DNA from: Octopus vulgaris
Lineage: Eukaryota
NCBI GenBank assembly: GCA_951406725.2
Contig: OX597834.1
Span: forward strand, 14,632,001-14,696,000
Direction: 5' to 3'
Length of the DNA stretch: 64,000 nt
Each line of letters starts with the position of its first letter. The first letter of the stretch is position 1. Position numbers and translations under genes: made by a program. This document shows positions 55,030-64,000 of this stretch, piece by piece. The notes under the pieces are model-generated. The model searched no databases. It was not told the origin of the DNA and worked only from the letters and a program-made list of their open reading frames with translations.

Positions 55030-56087
55030 ATATTGGATTCAAATGTTGATACAAGCCGAGCAATTTCAGGGAATTTTATCAACCTCCATTGTTCAGCGTC
55101 CTTCAAGCCCTAAAAACGAAAGACAATGTCGACATCGGCGGAACTTAAGCTCAGAACATAAAGATGGACGAAATTTGAACTCAGAACGTAACGGCAGACG
55201 AAATACCTATTTCTTTACTACCCACAAGGGGCTAAACACAGAGAGGACAAACGGATTAAGTCGATTATATCGACCCCGGTGCGTAACTTGTACTTATTTA
55301 ATCGACCCCGAAAGGATGAAAGGCAAAGTCGACCTCAGTGGAATTTGAACTCAGAACGAAACGGCAGACGAAATACAGCTACGCATTTCGCCCGGCAGGT
55401 TCAATTACGAATCGTGGTCAAAGGGAGACAATCTCTTGTAGTTGACATAACGAAGTATTTTCCTCCCCCATTTTCTAGAGATATTCTATTTCTTTACTAC
55501 CCACAAGGGGCTAAACACAGAGAGGACAAAAAAAGACAGACAAACGGATTAAGTCAATTATATCGACCCCAGTGCGTAACTGGTACTTATTTAATCGACC
55601 CCGAAAGGATAAAAGGTAAAGTCGACCTCGGCGGAATTTGAACTCAGACCATAGCCGGTGACGAAATACCCATTTCCATTTCGTTACTACCCACAAGGGG
55701 CTAAACACAGAGGAGACAAACAAGGACAGACAGACGGATGAAGTCGATTATATCGACCCCAGTGCGTTACTGGTACTTATTTAATCGAGCCCGAAAGGAT
55801 GAAAGGCAAAGTCGACCTCGGCGGAATTTGAACTCAGAACGTAACAGCAGACGAAATACCTATTTCTTTACTACCCACAAGGTGCTAAACACAGAGAGAA
55901 CAAACAAAGACAGACAAAGGGATTAAGTCGATTATATCGACCCCAGTGCGTAAATGGTACTTATTTAATCGACCCCGAAAGGATGAAAGGCAAAGTCGAC
56001 CTCGGCAGAATTTGAACCCAGACATAACGGCAGACGAAATATGGCTACGCATTTCGCCCAGCGTGCTAACGTTTTTGCTAGCTCGCT
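55030..56087 (-). mobile_element. SINE group A array (trimer 55487-56087 plus dimer and older piece 55030-55400)
   Basis: ~180 bp units joined at GAAATACC|TATTTC (55207, 55860) with a variant at 55670. Confidence 0.92.
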
Positions 56088-56472
56088 ACTTTCGATACAA
56101 GAGACAAATGGCTTTCAATCTCTATACCATAAAATGGAAATCATGCACTTAACCAATCTAAATATGGTTTTAATTAGATGTCATAGCTAAATATTTGGCT
56201 GTGTATCATATTTACCTATTCTGTAAAATTTTATTTTCCATATAAAATGCTAATGGCTAGAGGCATCTAATAATTTCTGGAATTATTTACATTCACTCGG
56301 AACTACTTCTATACCACTAGAGATATTTTTAATTATATATGGTAAGAAATCTACTTAAATTTTAATATTTAATTTGCCACAAATACTTGCATGCATATGA
56401 TAAGTGAAATATTTATATGTCTGTGTGTATGTGTATGCTTCTGAATGTGAAATATATATACAGATAATTAAC

Positions 56473-56526
<54 letters not shown>

Positions 56527-56787
56527 ATCTATGTATATATATATATATACGTATATGTACAATGTACACATTTTTATATATATGTAAATATATTTATATA
56601 TATACGTATGCACACATGGAGACACACACATACACACACAAACACACACAAACACACACACATATATATCTTCATATATATATATATATATATGCATGCA
56701 TTCATTCAATACTTACCATAGATACAGATTTATATATATATATGAAAAGTTGTAATTCTATAGGTTTTTTCTGCATTACTATGCATG

Positions 56788-56822
<35 letters not shown>

Positions 56823-56861
56823 GTGGAGAGAGTGAGAGATACACACATATATATATATGTG

Positions 56862-56990
<129 letters not shown>

Positions 56991-57402
56991 GATAGATGAT
57001 AGATAGATAGATATACACAGACATGTATATATATATATAAATGAGTCCGTATGAGTATGTCAGTGTATGTTCAATTGTTTGTCTCTGAATTAGTCTATGC
57101 GAATGGCTATGTAGATATATTTGTCTGTCTGTGATTGTTCATGCGTATGTATGCCTGTATGTTTGTGCGCATATATATAGGTGTTTTTTTGTGTGCCTGT
57201 GTGTGTGTGCGTGTGTGTGTGTATTGAGAATTGAAACAGCGATTAATTATCATCAAAGTAGCTTGATTCCAAACCGTAAACAATAGAAAGGATAGTTTGT
57301 TAATTAAATATGATGCCGAATACAATGAGGGTTTAGATATCTTGCACGGAGAGACAAATACAAGGAATCAATAATTGTAAAAGCATATATATACGTAAAT
57401 AT

Positions 57403-57529
<127 letters not shown>

Positions 57530-57697
57530 AGTATGTAAATATATATATGTATATATAAATATATATATATACATACACACATATATCTATGTATGTATGT
57601 ATGAATGTATGTATGTGTAGATTTATATATGTATATATGTATATGCATATATATGCGCGTGTATATATATATATGTATATATATGTATGTGTATATA

Positions 57698-57753
<56 letters not shown>

Positions 57754-57885
57754 TATACACAAATCTGTTTATATATTTGTGTGTGTGTTAATTTATACAT
57801 GCATACACACACACGCACACACACAAATATATATATAGGCACAGAACGAGAGAGAAAGATAGCGAGCGACAGAGGGTGAGCGATC

Positions 57886-57958
<73 letters not shown>

Positions 57959-58009
57959 GTATGTATATATCATATAGTTAATGGATACAATGGAGTGAGA
58001 GATAGATAC

Positions 58010-58042
<33 letters not shown>

Positions 58043-58984
58043 CAAAGGAAGATACAGATGCGATGTATTTGATTGTTGAACATGTTTACAATTATATTAC
58101 AATACAGCCTTATTGTTTACTATGGTAGGTTCTTGGTATAATTAACAGAGAAATATAAAATTAATTAAAAATGAAAGAAAGCAGAGTCTTTATAATCAAA
58201 ATATGGGGGAATTGAAATTAGTCAGGCAATCAAAAGTCTAACGTATCTTCCAGAACATTCCTGGTGTAGAAGAAAGAATCTGAAAAGAAATGGACGCCAT
58301 AATTGTATGATGGTGTTTAACAGAAAGAGAAGAACGGAGGGGAAAACTCGATTTTTGTTTTGCTTTTGTTTTCTGGGTTTTATTTTAAATTTGTTTGTCT
58401 CTTATTTGGTCAATTTAGAAGCAGATTTATGAGAAGACAAGATATTATTCCTTGTGTAATTTACTCCGTATCCCTGCGATTTGTGTTCAAATACCGCAAC
58501 TGTCAACTTGCTTTTCTGTTTCGATTGAACCATCCTTCATCGATTAAATAAGTCGATTAAGTAAGTATCACTTAAAGGAAATTGGCAATCATTTTTTATT
58601 CATTGTTGCCTGGGACTTTTTTCTCCCATTATATCGTTCCTGTTCCTCTCAAGAATCGTGAGATTCTCGCTTGTTTCTTTGTCGTCCCTTCTGTGGAGAG
58701 TATAGAATTTACAAGGTTCGATTACCAACCGCAGGCTAGTGCAGAATCTGTAGGATCAGGAACTACCCATAATTCTAGAGCCTACCTTCTGTGTTACCCG
58801 AAATGCTTGGCTCTATCAGGGAGGCTGGATTTCCTACCGACGTATTTCTTTGTCCAGGAACTGATGCCATGAACTGGCATGACACCAGCCGACTAAACTA
58901 ATCAATATGTAAGTAAGCTTCTATATGCTTTAACGATTCTATTGTGAGTAATCGATAAGCCACAAATATCAAACTATCATATTC

Positions 58985-59690
58985 ATGCGTGGCTGTGTTG
59001 TAAAACATGTGCTTCTCAACCACATGGTTCTGGGTTCAGTCCCACTCCGCGTATTCTAATATAGCCTCTGGCTTACCAAATCCTTGTGAGTAGATTTGAT
59101 AAATGAAAACTGAAAGGCTTATTGTGTGCATATATATAGAGAGATAGATAGATAGATATTTGTGTGTGTGTGTGTGTGTGTGTCTCTGTGTGTGTTTATG
59201 ATAATATTTATATAACTATGTGTAAATAAAGAAACAGACTAACCATATTTGATAGCAAAAGAGTTAGGCATACAATATCTTTGGAAATAGAGAATAATAT
59301 TTATTGGCTAATATGTGTGGAGGCATCCATTCCCAACTTTAAGTTTCGGGGTCAGAAATTCGATGAAGTTTGCAGAGCTGAAGACGTTTATGGGGACACT
59401 AAAGCGTAAATTCCTGAATACATATCCTGTGTGTATGTGTGTGTATGTCTGTATGTGTGTGTTTTCGTGTGTGTAAGTATATATATGTATATAACTGCCG
59501 CTTCAAATCGGAGAATATATATATTATGATATATATATTGGCTATTTGGTAAGTAGCTTGCTTACCAACCACATGGTTCCTGATTCAATCTCCCTGCATG
59601 GCACCTTGGTCAAGTGTCTTCTACTATAGCCCCGGGCCGACCAAAGCTTTGTGAGTGGATTTCGTAGATGGAATCGCAAAGACGCCCCTC

Positions 59691-59738
<48 letters not shown>

Positions 59739-60692
59739 ATGTGCCTGTATTTATCCCTCTATTATCGCTTGACAAGTGACGTTAGTGTGTCTATGTCACC
59801 GCAAATTCGCAGTTCGGCAAAAAAATTGACCGTTTGAATAAGTACTAGGCTTACAAGGAATAAGTCCTAGGGTCGAGTTCCTCGACTAAAAGCGGTGCTC
59901 CAGCATGGCCACATTCTAATGACTGAAACAAGTAAAAGAATAAAAGAGATATCTATGTCATGGAATAAATGCAAAAGCATAAATAAATAATCCATGGAAA
60001 TAATTTATGTAAGTTACTAAGAAGAGTTCATAAAATTATAAAATTCAGAATAATTGATTTTTATATTACCGTTTAATCGACATTATTCAAATGTTTCTTA
60101 TATAATGTTCATATTTCCATTTCATGGGGTAGTTAATTAAAATTTTGTGCAGACCATTAGTAACTAATTTTCGTTTCATCAATCGAAAATTTCGTTATTT
60201 ATATTTACCTGGTTGGGAATTGGTGATTATATATCGCTTATATTTTGCATGTTTGAAATTGCGTAAATAGAGTTTGATGATTTTAGTTTGACTAAAGTTT
60301 TTTTTTAAGTTTTGCGTTTTATTATGGTGTTGTTTGAGTTTTGAGTTATTTACTATTATAATGTCTGAGTGTACTAATAATATATTTCCTGGGTACGATC
60401 AAACAAATTAATTCTTCCTTTCAATCAAACTCAACAGAATTAATTTGATTGAATATTTTGATATTTACTCTCTCTCTCTCTCTCTTACTCTCTTACTTGT
60501 TTCAGTCATTTGACTGCGGCCATGCTGGAGCACCGCCTTTAATCGAGCAACTCGACCCCGGGACTTATTCTTCATAAGCCCAGTACTTATTCTATTCTAT
60601 CGGTCACTTTTGCCGAACCGCTAAGTGACGGGGACGTAAACACACCAGCATCGGTTGTCAAGCAATGCTAGGGGACAAACACAGACACACAA

Positions 60693-60733
<41 letters not shown>

Positions 60734-61995
60734 CATATATACGACAGGCTTCTTTCAGTTTCCGTCTACCAAATCCACTCACAAGGCATTGGTCGGCCCG
60801 AGGCTATAGCAGAAGACACTTGCCCAAGATGCCACGCAGTGGGACCGAACCCGCAACCATTTGGTTGGTTAGCAAGCTACTTACCACACAGCCACTCCTG
60901 CGCCTATGAAGATGTATTTTTTTAAAACTTGTAATATGGTGGTCATTAATAGATTCAGCGATTGAAGTATGTATTTGTGCTGCTTAAATATACAATAATA
61001 TCCATAACTGTACCACCATTCTAAGATGCACGGGTATTCAATAACAGCGACAAGTGACTGAAGGACATGGTGTAAGGCAGCGCTTCTCAAACTATCTGAT
61101 GTGGCGTACCGAGAGTGTTTCTTCCCCTTATGTGCCAGGAACCGGTTGTGTGGTAAGTAGCTTGTTTACCAACCACATGGTTCCGGGTTCAGTCCCACTG
61201 CGTGGCATCTTGGGCAAGTGTCTTCTGCTATAGCCCCGGGCCGACCAATGCCTTGTGAGTGGATTTGGTAGACGGAAACTGAAAGAAGCCCGTCGTATAT
61301 ATGTATACATATATATGTGTGTGTGTGTTTGTGTGTCTGTGTTTGTCCCCCTAGCATTGCTTGACAACCGATGCTGGTGTGTCCATGTCCCCGTTACTTA
61401 GCGGTTCGGCAAAAGAACCGATAGAATAAGTACTGGGCTTACAAAAGAATAAGTCCCGGGGTCGAGTTGCTCGATTAAAGGCGGTGCTGCAGCAGGGCCG
61501 CAGTCAAATGACTGACACAAGTAAAAAAAAAAAAAAGATAATGAATATAATAAAAGTTGACAATTTTTTTTTATATTTTATTTATTTTGTAAACAATATT
61601 ACATAAGCATTTTATAAGCATTTTATAATGCTTTGTGAGTGGATTTGGTAGACGGAAACTGAAAGAAGCTTTGTGTCTATCATGAATATCTCTCATTGTG
61701 AGATTTACAAATGGTAATTTTCTAACATTTGTCCCTATTGAGAGCACCCCTTTTCAAAAGACGTTTAACATTTGATCACCCCCATATATAACCAAATACA
61801 GTTTATTTTAAACCTTAATCCATAATCCTACATTATCTTCTGCTTCAAGAGAGCCAGTTCGGGTTTTCTTTTATTCTTTGTAAGTCTTGTACTTATACTA
61901 CCGGTTTCTTTTGCCGAACCGCTAAGGTAACGGGGACATAAACACACAAGCATCGGTTGTCAAGCAATGCTAGGGGGACAAACACAGACGCACAA

Positions 61996-62067
<72 letters not shown>

Positions 62068-62227
62068 GACGGGCTTCTTTCAGTTTCCGTCTACCAAATC
62101 CACTCACAAGGCTTTGGTCGGCCCGAGGCTATAGCAGAAGACACTTGCCCAAGACGCCACGCAGTGGGACTGAACCCGGAACCATGTGGTTGGTAAACAA
62201 GCTACTTACCACGCAGCCACTCCTACG

Positions 62228-62229
<2 letters not shown>
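58985..62229. mobile_element. SINE group B cluster: 58985-59125 (+, head only), 59540-59948 (+), 60466-60904 (-), 61142-61537 (+), 61870-62229 (-)
   Basis: Each colinear with the other group B copies. Confidence 0.9.
61078..61141 (+). mobile_element. Possible hAT (Charlie-like) left end interrupted by SINE B
   Basis: CAGCGCTTCTCAAACT resembles hAT TIRs; no partner end found. Confidence 0.3.
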
Positions 62230-62308
<79 letters not shown>

Positions 62309-62780
62309 CTATTTCTTGCAAGTCTAGCAACTACATACAGATTCCCTATAGGGCGCAAGAAAGATGTACAACTTGCAGATAACAATCACCAATTAGACTT
62401 CTCCATCACTTTGTGAAGATTGAATGTTATTCGCTTAAATGAAGAAATATACATAGCTTGCAATAAGGGAACTCATTGACTATACATTTGATTGGTTTAG
62501 CTTGGCTGATTAATTAGTCGCGCAGGAAGATTTATTTTAATAAGTTGTATCCTAATGAAGATTTGTGTCTCAGCGTCGTCCAGCAGACTTCGAGACGTCT
62601 AGAAACTGGGGCAATGTGTCACGTGACACGCTCACTCACTCACTCACTCACTCACTCACCCACCTACTCATTAACTCACTGTCTCCCATTATCTAGATAT
62701 CTACCTCCCCACATACACACACACACACACATATATATGAATATATGTGTGTCTGTGTGTACATATATTCATAAATAGAC

Positions 62781-62860
62781 GACGGGGTGCTGAAAAGGTC
62801 TTGTCTTTAACGGTGTCGGGAAAAGCCTGCTTGAAAAGCCAAATCTCCGTATTATTACCT
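62781..62860 (+). mobile_element. Possible mariner left end remnant
   Basis: GACGGGGTGCTGAAAAG resembles mariner TIRs; no partner TIR or ORF. Confidence 0.25.
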
Positions 62861-63092
62861 TTCTTTACAGGGCTCGTGAGTAGGACCGTCGCAAAATGCT
62901 AAATAAAATATGTTAAATAAAATCCTAATTAACTGATCCTCCTGTATTTATGCACATTTAAGTTTTGCAATGTAAATGTGATAGAAACCACAGCAGAGAA
63001 TATTAGTATATGTAAGCTTTATACTAATAATCAATAGACATTACAGAATAGATAGATAGATGGATTGATATATAGATAGATAGATAGATAGT

Positions 63093-63147
<55 letters not shown>

Positions 63148-63172
63148 ATTTGATAGGTAGATAGGGAGATTG

Positions 63173-63205
<33 letters not shown>

Positions 63206-63209
63206 TATG

Positions 63210-63311
<102 letters not shown>

Positions 63312-63312
63312 A

Positions 63313-63411
<99 letters not shown>

Positions 63412-63458
63412 TAGATAGATAGAGATGCCTATATATACACAGATATAAGTATGTGTTA

Positions 63459-63490
<32 letters not shown>

Positions 63491-64000
63491 CATATATATA
63501 TATTTGTACGTATCTACATACAAACACACACACATATGACGTGATCGGGATAGAAATGGAAATGAATGTGTGCGTATATGTATAATGGCTGACATATTTT
63601 GCATAAATATTTGTGTATAAGCACACATACACACATAGACACATGCTGACACAAATTTGTGGTACAACATAGGTCTGTGCGTTAATCCATACATAGTTTT
63701 ACATATTTACCAAACCATACGCATTATACCAATCTGCAATCTGTAGAAATCTCTTATCTGAATGTCTGTTATTGTTCTGATTACTGTCTTAGAAATCATT
63801 AAATTAGAGTCAATTAGTTTAATACGTTAGTGCTGCAATATGACCACAATCAACAAAATCAACAAAATCATTAAGCGTTCTAGTCAAATCCTGACTATTA
63901 GAATTTATTATAATTCTTCATAATTGACCGAGATTGGTCTTCGTTTGATTTTGAGTATTACATAATTAGGCCATTGACTATGGGCTTCTGCGCATATTAT

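Overview
This is AT-rich eukaryotic (animal) non-coding DNA, intronic or intergenic, with no recognisable host protein-coding gene. The extreme (TA)n/(CA)n/(GATA)n microsatellite load and the tRNA-derived SINE set point to an octopus/cephalopod genome (inference). Almost all track ORFs are translations of microsatellites or SINEs. The window holds three tRNA-headed SINE groups in dozens of copies (A, B and C here), decayed CR1 and RTE LINE 3' ends, two decayed Tc1/mariner transposases, two non-autonomous Helitrons and a piggyBac-type MITE. The most interesting signal is about 15 short (150-550 bp) non-coding inserts in or next to (TA)n tracts, from several unrelated sequence families. They carry intact or decayed minimal type I hammerhead ribozyme motifs (stem I-CUGANGA-stem II-GAAA-palindromic stem III-GUH), and six are fold-back inverted repeats whose turn-around point lies at the ribozyme. 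This fits Penelope-like retroelement termini or retrozyme-like non-autonomous elements that target microsatellites. Other points of note are SINE multimers joined at one fixed nucleotide, a ~975 bp nested palindrome, a templated inverted duplication and a Helitron-captured fragment. All pairings and coordinates were read by eye and repeat edges are approximate.
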